From assembly GCA_046563655.1 (NCBI GenBank), contig CM102283.1, positions 992,001 through 1,056,000 of the forward strand: a stretch of 64,000 nt of DNA, read 5' to 3'. Positions within the stretch are counted from its first letter, which is position 1; every line of letters starts with the position of its first letter. The position numbers and the translations under genes are program-made. The stretch is from Yuukianura sp. NJ FZ-2021 (taxonomy: Eukaryota). Below are positions 13,642 through 25,695 of this stretch, one piece after another. The notes under the pieces were generated by a model. That model had not been told where the DNA came from, made no database searches, and saw only the letters and a program-made list of their open reading frames with translations.

Positions 13642-14419
13642 TTAAAGTTCTCTTATCATACAAGCTACAAATTGATCAGTTGCTGTTGGGAAACGTTTGT
13701 TTCCTTGTTCGTCCAGTGCTTCTGCGTAGTACGCTCGATCGATCTCTCTAAATCCGTTCTTGATTGCTGCCAAACGAGTGTATGGACTTGAAAAGTAGCT
13801 TTCAACCAATCGGAATCCACGACTCTTAATCAATTTTATACTTCTAGAGTACATCTCTGACACAAGTCCCCTCCGTCGAAACTCTGGGTCAACTGAGGTC
13901 ATGAGTAAATCTGCATACGACTCGACTCCAAATTCTTCCAGAACGTCATGTCTTCCTCCAAAACATTTGAGAAATCCCAGAACGTTTTTGTGCGAATCTA
14001 GCGTCACGGGAGCATCCGGTCGAGTGGAATCCTTGTCACGTTTTACCGTTATGCGCACGCCTGCCACCTATTTGAATGACGAAGCACAAAAAGTTGAAAT
14101 GGGGTCACATAACAATTATTGAATTTACGCAGTGTCATGCGTTCTTCCGCTTTTAAATGGCGCTTTTTTTAATTTTGAAACCAACCTTGCCAGACTCTTT
14201 GTGAATGGCCATAAAGCTGAGTCGGTCGTTTTGGCGGATGTAGCAATCTACGACTTGGTTGACCTCGTCTCCAAGGTCATCTGTGTACCCTGCGAGGCTA
14301 AACATAGTTTCGTCGGGGTAAAAACACCGTTTGAGATGATCCTGCACTCTGGGAATGTCTTCGAATTCAATCATCTTGAATTCAAAATCTCCCCAACTTC
14401 CCTCCACTATTTCACTCAT
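13642..14419 (-). CDS. Arylalkylamine N-acetyltransferase-like GNAT, copy 1 (2 exons)
   Basis: MSEIVEG...HLKRCFYPDE...SVDPEFRRRGL (acetyl-CoA motif)...SSPYT. Intron at about 14068-14185. Confidence 0.85.
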
Positions 14420-15099
14420 GATGAAACACACTCAACTATTTAGTGACAATCTAACTTTAGTTGATAACAATTAAAAATTCTCAATCCAACTTGTCAAGCG
14501 TTGGAAACTTACATTAGTACAGAATTTTGTGTATCCTTGTGTCTACTAAGGATCTGTTACAACTGAATTGTAAATTGTTAGGCGCATATTGCATGAAGAT
14601 GAAGAATATCTTTTTAGTGGTGTGTAACACATCAATCATGGTTAACTCGTCTACACTAGCTGTCTGTGTGTAAAGAATCAAGGTCATTGGTCCATCTTAG
14701 TAAGACGGTCTTACCACAATCCTATAGCAGCACACGACTCTTTTGTCAATGGAACGAAATATTAAAAAAAAACAGGATTTTAACAGTGTTGTTGTAAGTA
14801 CTATCAATCAACTCCTCGAGTAAACATATAGGAACGTGTTCATGGGAGCACGCCATTGTTTCGAATGAAATGTTTCAAATTTGACATTAGAATCTCGAGT
14901 CTTAAAAGTAACAACGAAATTATATGTTGTACGAAGTTAGATAAATCCTGTTGAATAATTAAAACTTTCTTTTATTTAACGAAAAAACCAAGAGAAAATT
15001 TACTTTTACATTTCTTACGGTACAAGCCAATCGGTAATTTATTGAAAGTTTTTCGAACGGTATTTTTGGTATTAGATATTCTGCAAGTTGCAAATAAAG

Positions 15100-15650
15100 C
15101 TGTCCCTCTTAAGATACGGCTCTCCAATGTAGGCTCTTAATTTAACCTGGAAATAAATTTTAAGTTATTTCACTCGTCAATTAAAGTTATAATAAATGTT
15201 CTTAATTTACATATCCGTTGCTCTGTTCTGCTTGAAAATTGACACAAAATCTTGAAGTCTTTGTCTTTTTTTTCCTGTCATCGTCAACACAAGTATAAGT
15301 AATAACTGAAGAAGCAGGAAAAGCTTTGTTCTTCTTGTCCATGAATTCAAAGTTCACTTGAGCTGTTCCGGTTTTAATGGGGTCAAAATCGTTTGTATAA
15401 GAATAAACAAATACAAAACAGTATTGGGATTTAGTTCCGTCCATGATGATCTTCGAAGGAGTCATTGTGAAAGTTGCCTTGTTACATTGGAATTTTGCTG
15501 AAAGATAAATTTTTTTTTCAAAAACATACAACAAGACAAACTTAGAAACGTTAAGTACAGACAAGAATCTTGGCTGGCCTTTGGCCAGCCAAAGATTCTT
15601 GACTGTTGCGTACGTACCAGTTTGACGGATTAATTTAAAAAAAACCATAT
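15100..15650 (-). CDS. Uncharacterised small protein, structure uncertain
   Basis: 148-aa ORF with plausible splice sites and a further exon near 15148; no recognisable family. Confidence 0.35.
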
Positions 15651-16540
15651 CCCAATCGTTAAATTAACAAAAAGATCGACCAACCAAAATTGGGTACAAT
15701 TGGTTAGTGTTTAGTTTACTTCAACCCTTGTGTTATATAAAAGGAGTAAATTGTCATGCGCACAGAGGGTGGATAGAAATCCGAGGAATCCGATATCCGA
15801 CTTTTAGCCAGACCCTGAGAAAGAGGACAGGAACACACGCAGACGGGTCTCTCCTTTTAAGAGTATGATGTGCGTGCACCCGTGCACCCCTCATACAAAT
15901 GCGAGGAGTCAGACAAATCCGACCTTTAGCCAGCCCCGGACAAACATCTCTCCTTATTACTTAGATTGGGTGATACATGCCAAAAATATTTACTAAAAAC
16001 CCGCGAAATATTTACATATTAAATATTTTTCATCAAAAATCTCAAAATATTTACTTAATCAACATGAAGGGCATGGGAAAATCAATAAATATTTAGTAAT
16101 AAAAAAGCCCAAAATATTGATTTTGTTAACATTACAGGCATGGGGACTAAATATTTTTAGCATGTCTAGATAATGAACTAAGGATTGGTACACCAATTCA
16201 CATTTGTTTGCAAATGAAAAACCGCTGTACAGTCAAGCGTAGATGGCAAAATTTATTTAAATTGTAACTAAACCAGCACAAGAGATAGAAGCTCAAACTG
16301 TGTATTGCTCAAAAAACTTTTTTTTTCAAATTATTGCGGCCATACTTCGTTGGTTATTGAAAATAAATATTTTATAATTTTCCAATTTGAACGTCAATCC
16401 TGTATTCTAAAAAAAATTATAATCTTGTAACTTAATTGTTCTAAAAATTTAATAATTTAACTTATATTTTTTTAAATTAAAAATATTATCAATTTTTTTT
16501 TAAATTTCTATCTTAACCTTTTGTGGCCATTTCCTGTTTT

Positions 16541-17080
16541 AGTCTTCTGGAGAAGCATGTCTATGACATGCTGAAGAAGACTATTGATACGACTTTGTCC
16601 GTCACGTTTTTTAGGACCCTCTCCACTGAAATACAAGCCCCATCGCAGTCGTGTACAAAAACGCCCCTATGTCCGCACTGAAAGTTTTGAGCGACACTTC
16701 TGGTTCAAGGTTCGTAAACAAACAAATCTACCCAGGTTGTCTAATAACTCGACGTTTTTAATTTTCTCAAATAATTTGCAAAACTTGCGTCGCCCTGCCT
16801 TTCCATGGTAATGATTTAGATGTAATTTAATAGGAATTGGGGGGAAATTGGGGGGGGGGGGGAAGGGGGAAATTGTTTGCAGGAAGATTTCTGCAAACCC
16901 CGAGTTACTACACAACCTGTTGTAAGCGAATACAGTTTGTTACTATAGCAACCTTGCTTCTAGTTAATGACTCGTGAAAATGATTTTGTTTTGTTCAAGG
17001 GCTTGGCGACTGACTGATGCAAGTCATATCAATTGTCAACTCTCTCCAGAAGACTCAACCCTTGAGCATCGCCCTACCTC
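16541..17080 (+). mobile_element. Non-autonomous Helentron/HINE-like element, copy A
   Basis: 5' subterminal IR AGTCTTCTGGAG...GAAGAAGACT, 3' CTCCAGAAGACT plus a degenerate stem-loop, T-rich flanks. Ends are shared with copies B and C. Confidence 0.65.
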
Positions 17081-18529
17081 TTTTTGATCGGCTAATACGC
17101 GCTTTATGTTCACTTTAAGACTTTAATTCCTAGTTTTTATTAGAAAACTCGATTCATGCTAGATTAGTTCTTACCAACATCAGCAGGTGGAGCTGGAGCT
17201 GCTCTAGTACAAGAGCCCTGTTCCAAGCAGTCTTGGCCAGAAGATTGGTGTGTTTTTAAGCCCAATACGAGGATGATACTCATTGAAATTAAGTACGTTG
17301 GCTTAAGCATTTTTCAAGAAAGAAAGTTAGATAATATTTTTCTACTTATTTTGTATTCTTTAAAATGTACATTGATTTTGTTCAACGACGCTTGTCTGAA
17401 TTAAAGTTTTCTGTGGTGGATAAATAGCCTACACAATTCTCTGAACCTTGTAAGAATCTAGATTACTTTAACCATGTCACGTCAAAAGAATCATGTTAAG
17501 GTTCCGTCAAAAAGAAATTGAATTGATTCAAATCTGGATTCTGGAAGGTTTTTATACTGCCCTAGATTTGTCGGTGTATTAGTTTAACTAAAACAAAAGG
17601 TAAACTTGTGGTTTAAAATGAACGTTTGGACGACTTGTGTAATGCTTATAAAATGTCCAAATTCAGACGTTGTTTATTTGATTTCTTTTTTATTTTACAG
17701 GTTTTAGGGTTTTAATAATTTGTGACATCTACGATAGACTTCTGTCAGGAATTCATTTGACTCGGCTTCTCCATAGTTGATTTCACTTAAATTTAAATAA
17801 GTAATATTAAAAGATACACTATATTTTGAAATTAATAAATTTCAATTCAAAGGTTATGTTGGAGCCAATAATTTAACTGTGGTCGCTATGCACTTCGTTT
17901 CTGTACATATTTAATTTTCAGTTTTCGCTTCAACAAAGTATGGCACAGATAACAAGTGACTCAATTAGACATCTCCGTTCAACTGGTCGTAGGTCATGTG
18001 GTCACTCTTCATTCGTATAAAACCTTTCCATTTTTATTTTCACAAGGACTGCCTAAGAAATCATCCGTCAGAACGAATGTCCAATTTAATCGAATCAACC
18101 TTATTTCCAGCACCTCTCCTTTTGTCAATCAGTTAAAATCACAAATTCTACAACCTTATTCCAAGCATTTGTGTTTTTAAGTAACACAAGGTGGAATACA
18201 AGGTTGAAAATTTATTGAGGACAGCAAAGTTAAATTACGTGTTTTCTTTGAAGGAGAAAATTATTTGAAATAATTCACATCGTCAAAACGCCACGAAACA
18301 CACGTCATCTGAAACCTAAAAACCCAGTTTAAGGATTTAATTAATTCCTAACTAAGGATTATGGTCTTATAAGTATACAGAACATTTCCTAAAAAAATCA
18401 GTACTACGAAAAATTCCAAACTAGTTTTTCCATACTAATGTTTTCCTAAAAAATTTAAAACCCTGCTGGCATTAAATTTTAAATATTAAATTGAAATAAT
18501 CCCTGTTAGCTTAGGTTAAGGCAACTGAA

Positions 18530-21500
18530 ATGAAATCAGCATTAGTTCTGATTTTTCTGTTGGGTCCTTATTTCCTTTTATTTTTCAACGCATATGTATA
18601 CGCTCAAGGTGGAGGTAATCGTGATGCTATTAAATAATGCTATAAATTCATTTTTTTTTACATATTTGTGATAATCTAGAAATCCAGAACTGTGTTTGAC
18701 TCATTTTAGATAAAGGTCCAGGCCATGCGTTGCTTCCAACTAGTAAACCAAATCTACCTGGAGGTAATGGAATTATAGGTGATTCCTTACCTGGCACATT
18801 CTTTGCAGACTTCAAACCACCTTATCCTACAAACAGATGTAAGCCAGCATTAAACAAGGTAGCGCGATGCTCAAGGGTTGAGCATAGGTCTTCTGGAGGT
18901 AGTTGACAATTAATATAACTTGTATCAGTCGCAAAGCCGTTGAAACGATTAAAAACCATTTTCACGAGATTCATGCAACGAAATGTCGCTCATAATGTTC
19001 AGTGCGGAACGGGGGCTTCTTGTGCACGAATTGCGCCAAGATGGTAAAGAACCGTTTGAAAACGTTTTTAACGCAAATATGTTGAAAAAACCCTTGCATC
19101 AAAATGTTGTTCAAATTGAGCTCTGAACAGTTTTCATCCGCTTCAAAATTACAGTGATGAACAACAAATTATTGTTCTCAAGTTTGTACAAATTTTGAAA
19201 TAACAACGTCCATTAACCCCAAGGTTCCTTGACAAGTAGATGCAAATAAACGTCGAATTATTACTCAGTTATTTTGACGCTGGGTAATGCAAGGTTCCTT
19301 GACAACGAAAAGGTGTTTGTTTTGTTTGTTTTCCGTTAACGGAAAATAAACAAAACAAACAACCTTGCATTACCCAGCGTCAAAATAACTGAGTAATTCG
19401 ACGTTTATTTGCATCTACTTGTATACGTGCACAAAATTGAACGTTGAAAGGTGTAAAATATGATTTACTTTAAAATCAAAATCGGTTCAAATAAATGCAC
19501 CAGGTGATAAATTAAGTGCATAAGCACAAATGTTGAAATAACAACGTCAACTACCGAGCGTCAACATAACTGCACTATTTGTGTTACGTTTGCAACAGCT
19601 TGGAAGTGTGCATCATGCACAAAATTGAACGCAGTGGGGGAGGGATCAAATATCGCTTGCTTAAAATCAAAATTATAAAAATTTCTAGTGAATGCAAATT
19701 TGAAACCTGTAAGCACTATTCACATATTAAACATTTAAGCCGGATTTTCTACCCTCTAATCAGTTTTAATTTAACAACGTAACTAAACATACTACCGGAA
19801 AATCATCATATGAAAACTCCGTTGTTTAAAAATAGTATTTTGAGTATAATGCAGACCTAGCACAAAAGTTTTGAGGACTTGAGAAACAGTAGCGCGAAGC
19901 AGCCGCAAACTTTGGCGCTGTTAATGTAAGACTTTAACAGTGCAATGTAGACCTAATGAAAACACTTGAGCCATGCATAACACCCCGTCTGCGATGGGGC
20001 GTATGTTTCAGTGGAAACGGTCCTAAAATACAGGACAGACGGACAGACAGACAGAAAAGTCGTATCAATAGTCTTCTTCAGCATGTCGTAGACATGCGTC
20101 TCCAGAAGATTAAAAGTAGCATAAAAATACAAAAATCTATTTTCAAAAGTATAATTTTTAGGGTGGCAAGGATTGACATTGAAGAAACAAGAAAAGTAAA
20201 AATAAATTATAAATTGAATTTAAAAAAATATTTCATAGAGATACTTAATAATAAATTATATTGTATTTAGTACTCTTGCTGGTCCTTTTCCATATCAATC
20301 GAGGACCAGAGACACTGGATTTGAATTTGGGATTGGAACTAACCGGAAGTTTGAAAGTAAAACTTCACTAGTAGTTCCAGAACAGTTGGACCTTCGTGTG
20401 ACCATTGATGGTCTTGAAGTCAAAGTGACCAACCGCAAAGCTTTGACATGGGACACCCAAACTGTAAGTTTAAGATACATGGGTCCAGATGGAGCTACGA
20501 TGGATACAACCCTCACACATGGATCTCCTTACATGACTTTTAAGTTTAACAAAGCCAAGGTGGTTATAAAAGCCATCAATAATGGATACAATGCAGTGGT
20601 GCAAAACTTTACTTGGCTACAGAAAGGTAATCTATAAGAGGGAAATTCTTTTGTAATAGAAGCAGAGGTGGTAAGCCTGAAGTAAACCTGTGCAGGCTGC
20701 ATCCGTGCGAAATAGCTAAAGCTGCAGGCCGCAGGCGTACCGCCTGCCGTTTTTGGACTGGCTTGCAGGCTTCAGGCGTGCGGACTTGGGCGGCAGCAAT
20801 GCAGACCAGAACAAATGTTGCTGGCTGACACCTCTGAAGATTCGAAGAAAATTATATTTTGCTTATTTTCTGTTTTCTAGGAAAGCTTGGAACATTGGTT
20901 AGTGGAAACACAAACGTGGAGCATAGACTGTACGTAGTTGAGGGCACAGTTAATGACTTCGTCATAAGCAAAGATAATATAACATCAACACAGCCAACTA
21001 CAGCCACGATTCGAATAGCAAGAGTTCTCCAATCAAAAGACAAATCTCTCTTGGATGCGCATGCGCGAACATATCCCACTGGTCTGACAATGAGATACAG
21101 CGTAACAGGAAACGAGAGCACACAGACATGGACATGGGATGTGGTAGGGGATCCAAAGAATTTGCTTGTAATGAGTTGGCCACATCATCGGTATGTAAAA
21201 TAATTTTAGATACAATTTTAGAATAAGGTACATGAAGAAATTTTTTTCGTGGGATTTCAGGAGAGTCTTGCAGAAACCGATCTATAAAGACATTGTCTAC
21301 TCGACGATAAAAGGTGAAATGCGTGGAGTAGCTGGAAACGTTTGGGTTCAAAAACACCGTCTTACAACAACTACTTGGTATCCCGCCTTCAAACCACAGG
21401 CATCATGCCTTCCGGAGCTCATAAAGCTACTGGAGTATGAAGTCAACCATCTTTACGTGAACCCACCAGGCGAATTGTATCATTGGGGAGGAAATTTTGC

Positions 21501-23462
21501 CGCAAGAGCTCAATTGGCGCTAATTGCCGAAAAGTTGGATCGAATGGACCTTGTCGCCAAAGTACTGGATGTGATAAAGCAAAGTGTGGAATACTTCCAT
21601 GTTGATACGTATAGGATACGTGTTGCATATGAAACGGGCTGGGGCGGATTTGTTAGTCCATATGGCTGCAACAACGTAAGGAATTTTTTCCCTCAGAATA
21701 TTGCGTTGTTAATTATTTTCATTCTAGATGCATTACAATGACCACCATCTTATCTTTGGCTACTTGCTTTATGGCATTTCTGTGATTGCTAAATTCGATC
21801 CCGAGTGGTTTAAGACTCACAACGAGGTGGCAACTAAGTAAGCTAATAATCTTACATTTGTTTGCACAATTCTTTTCAATTTAATTTAAATTAATAATAA
21901 TAATTAAAATTTAATTCTGCTTTTTTAGCATTGCTCGAGACATCGGAAATCCATCGCCGGCGGATCCTTACTACCCGTCGGCCCGTCACATGGATTTCTT
22001 CCATGGCCACTCTTGGGCAAGTGGAATTGGTCAAAGTGGGGGTCCCAGGAACCAGGAAAGTGTTAGTGAAGCAATCAATGGATACTACGCACTACAATTG
22101 TATGGAATCATTAGTAACAACCCTGAGTTCACGGATTGGGCTCGTATGCTTCTTGCAATGGAAATTGCAGGAGCACAAGAATACTGGCACTTGTATCCGA
22201 AAAGAAAAGGGAATTTGACACCATACCCTGAACAAGATGTTCGAGATTTGACGACATTTGCAAACATATTCGCTGGAAAAGCAGGATCATTTCCTCTTTT
22301 TGGAAGTCCTCAAAACAAAATTCAAGTGATTTCCATTGTCACCCTTCCAGTGACTCCAATGGGCGAAAATTTATATGATAAAGAATGGATGGAGGGAGTT
22401 TTGCCTTACGTTCTACCATATATAAAAGCGTTGCCCGATGGAGATGACTTCTATTGTGGTAAGTGTAAAACTTTTACTGTCGTATATCCCAAGAGGCTAA
22501 ACTTTCTAAAAAAAAATCCAGTTATATACGACGCTTACGCAAGCGTGAATCCACGAGAGGCGTACAAGTATTCTCTTTTGGTTGCTGATTGGGGTGGTGG
22601 CCACACAGCGACAAATCAGCTGTATTTCATTTCGACACAACCGAGTGCTGAACAAATCTGTACGGGAGATATGACGAATTCACCGGTGGGCTTCTTTTAC
22701 ATTCAAGATGTTGCTACTGGAAGATACGTCACCGGTTTATCTGTTTTGCTGGCAAAATTTAAAATTGTAGAACTGGGTTCAAAATTTGAACTGAATTTTA
22801 AGCCTGGTGGCGGAAGTATCAAATCCCTTCAAAATGGCCAATACGTCAATGCAGGCTCAAGTAAATCTAGCTTAAATGCAAACAAGGATATTGCTAGTAC
22901 ACAAGAAACGTTTCGTTGGATTGATAACAAAGATGGAACATATGCACTTATGGCAATGTATACAAAAACTACTGTTCAAACCCAACCTACTGGACAGCTT
23001 GTCAACAATGGCCAACTTTCAAAGTATAAATTAATACCAACAGATGACGCACCACAGGCGCCTGAACCAGACGTTCCAGCTTCTGGGAAACTTCTCAACG
23101 TGGGGTCAAACAAATACGTGACCGTTCTAAGTACCACTAAGGAACTGATGGCCAACGAAAACGCTGCAGGACAGGCAACAACTTTTAAATTTGAAAACAT
23201 TGTGGGCAACAACCCGTTCCAGTACTACGCTATCAGGAATGAAGCAACTTCTCTGGTTGTTACTGCAAATCCAACTCCCGTGAACTTGAAAGCTTCGAAT
23301 AAAAATGCACTTGGCTACGAGTATTTTCGTTTTGTGGAATATAAAACGGCCTTCATTATCATCCATGTGGCTAGTGGTAATGCAGTTAAAGCAGACGGAA
23401 ATACAACCCTTCGCAATGATGATGTTGACATCGGTAACAATGCTTTGTGGAAAATTGTTTAA
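18530..23462 (+). CDS. Secreted GH81 endo-1,3-beta-glucanase with C-terminal fascin-like beta-trefoil repeats, about 9 exons
   Basis: Signal peptide MKSALVLIFLLG...; GH81 motifs PYPTNRWW, GSPYMT, YNDHH..FGY, FFHGHSWASG, RNQESVSEA. Introns at about 18615-18709, 18839-20161, 20196-20270, 20627-20880, 21191-21260, 21676-21728, 21837-21928 and 22459-22521. Confidence 0.9.
18852..20112 (-). mobile_element. Helentron/HINE-like element, copy B, inside GH81 intron 2
   Basis: Reverse-complement of the copy A ends, (CTGT)n-like microsatellite at about 20030-20053, perfect 3' hairpin ATGCTCAA-GGG-TTGAGCAT at 18867-18885. Confidence 0.7.
19232..19422. repeat. Near-perfect palindrome of about 190 bp
   Basis: ACAAGTAGATGCAAATAAACGTCGAATTA... 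is mirrored by ...TAATTCGACGTTTATTTGCATCTACTTGT; centre TTCCGTTAACGGAA. Confidence 0.9.
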
Positions 23463-24188
23463 ACATAATCGACTGGGAAAACTTCCTGGATTTTAGAGAT
23501 TTAGACTAAATTTAGAAATTCAATTTTAAGCGTTTGGAAATAAAGATTTGGTTCATAATTGGAAATAAAGATTGACAATTGAGATTTAAAAAGGATCCGG
23601 ATTTTGTATTTTATCAGTTAGTTTGACTAAAGCAATATGTTGTGAATTCCAAAAAATGTTTGACTAGGTGGTTTAAGTCTGTTCTAAAGTATAATTCGAT
23701 TAAAAGTTCGTAAACAATACACACGAGCGAATACATTTAATACATTTTTAAAGAATGGATTCGTACATATTTTTACAAAAGAAAATATAAATACAAATAC
23801 AAAAAAAAAGCACACAGAATAAAATGTTTGTAGGATGTAGCTAAAATATACGTTACCACAGTAGCTAATCTATAGTAGTTAGAATGCCCGATTTTGTTTT
23901 TGTTTAATAAAGATGTGTTTGTCGAATTGCCTAGTTTTCAATTCTACTTTTCAACAATTCACATCCATAAATAAAAGTGAGAAAAAACAACGAAAAAAAA
24001 GAACGAAAAAAAAAATCAAAGAACAAAAAAAAAAACCGCAGTCGTGTTTTTGATTTTCTGCAAATCTTTACTTGCTAAAATTTTCGTCCCGCTGGCACCG
24101 TTTACTCGACAAGAAATAAAGTGGAATCGGCGGTCAATGTGCTGAACTAGCAATACTGTCGCTTTTAATTTTAATTTTTAAAATGATG

Positions 24189-24966
24189 TTAAAGTTCTCT
24201 TATCATACAAGCTACAAATTGATCAGTTGCTGTTGGAAAACGTTTGTTACCTTGTTCGTGCAGTGCTTCTGCGTAGTACGCTCGATCGATCTCTCTAAAT
24301 CCGTTCTTGATTGCCGCCAGACGAGTATATGGACTTGAAAAATAACTTTCAACCAATCGGAATCCACGACTCTTAATCAATGTTATACTTCTAGAGTACA
24401 TCTCTGACGCAAGTCCCCTTCGTCGAAACTCTGGATCAACTGAGGTCATGAGCAAATCTGCATACGACTCGACTCCAAATTCTTCCAGAACGTCATGTCT
24501 TCCTCCAAAACATTTGAGAAATCCCAGAACGTTTTTGTGCGAATCGAGTGTCACGGGAGCATCCGGTCGACTGGAATCCTTGTCACGTTTTACCGTTATA
24601 CGCACGCCTGCCACCTATTTGAATGACGAAGCACAAAAATTTTAAATGGGGTCACATGACAATTGAATTTACGCAGTGTCATTCACTCTTCTGGTTTTAA
24701 ATGGCGCTTCTTTTTTTAATTTTGAAACCAACCTTGCCAGACTCTATGTGAATGGCCATGAAGCTGAGCCGGTCGTTGTGGCGGATGTAGCAATCCACGA
24801 CTTGGTTGACCTCGTTTCCAAGGTCATCTGTGTACCCTGCGAGGCTGAACGTGGTTTCGTCGGGGTAAAAGCACCGTTTCAGATGATCCTGCACTCTGGG
24901 AATGTCTTCGAATTCTATCATTTTGAATTCAAAATCTCCCCAAGTTCCCTCCACAATTTCACTCAT
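24189..24966 (-). CDS. Arylalkylamine N-acetyltransferase-like GNAT, copy 2 (2 exons)
   Basis: Near-identical to 13642-14419, same intron position, intact ORF. Confidence 0.85.
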
Positions 24967-25695
24967 GGTGAAACACGCGCCACTATTTAGTGACAATCTA
25001 ACTTTCTTTGATAACAATTAAAATTTCTTAATTATACTTGCCTAGCGTTGGAAACTTAAACTTTACTACAAAAATTTTTCTATGCTTGTGCTAGTAGACC
25101 CTCCGTCTACTAAGGATCTGTTTCAACTGAATTGTAAATTGTTAGACGCATATTGCATGAAGATGAAGAATATTTTTTTAGTGGTGTGTAACACATCAAT
25201 CATGGTTAACTTGTCTACAAAAGCTGTGTAAAGAATCAAGGTCATAGGCCCGTCTTACCATAATCCTATAGCACACAACGGTTTTGTCAATGGAACGAAA
25301 TACTAAAAAACAGGATTTTAGCAGTGTTGTTATAAGTATCAACTCCTCGAGTAAACATCTAGCAACTTGTTTATGACTCACATTCATAACTTAACATATC
25401 TTGTCAAAGGTCAAGGCAAGTTGGCTATTTCATGAATGAAAGCAACCGACAAAAAATTGGACGCGAAAATCGTAGCTGATCATTGCGATGATTCCGAGGA
25501 AGAGTCAGACCACGCAGAATGCTCTGCTGAGTCTCCTTGCCGACATCTGGGAGATATTTGGTTTTGTTTGAGACATCTTTTTTGAGGGTTTGTTTTGCTT
25601 TCATAAAATTAAAGTAAATCGTTTGACGGTAGTTAATCTTGTCAAAGTAGAGACAAAGTGTGAATTCAGTTTCTATAATATTACCAATCACCAGC

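Noticed and set aside
20663-20836. hAT-like MITE (CAGAGGTG...CACCTCTG) in a GH81 intron
   Set aside because: Only an 8-bp TIR and no matching TSD; plausible but unsupported.
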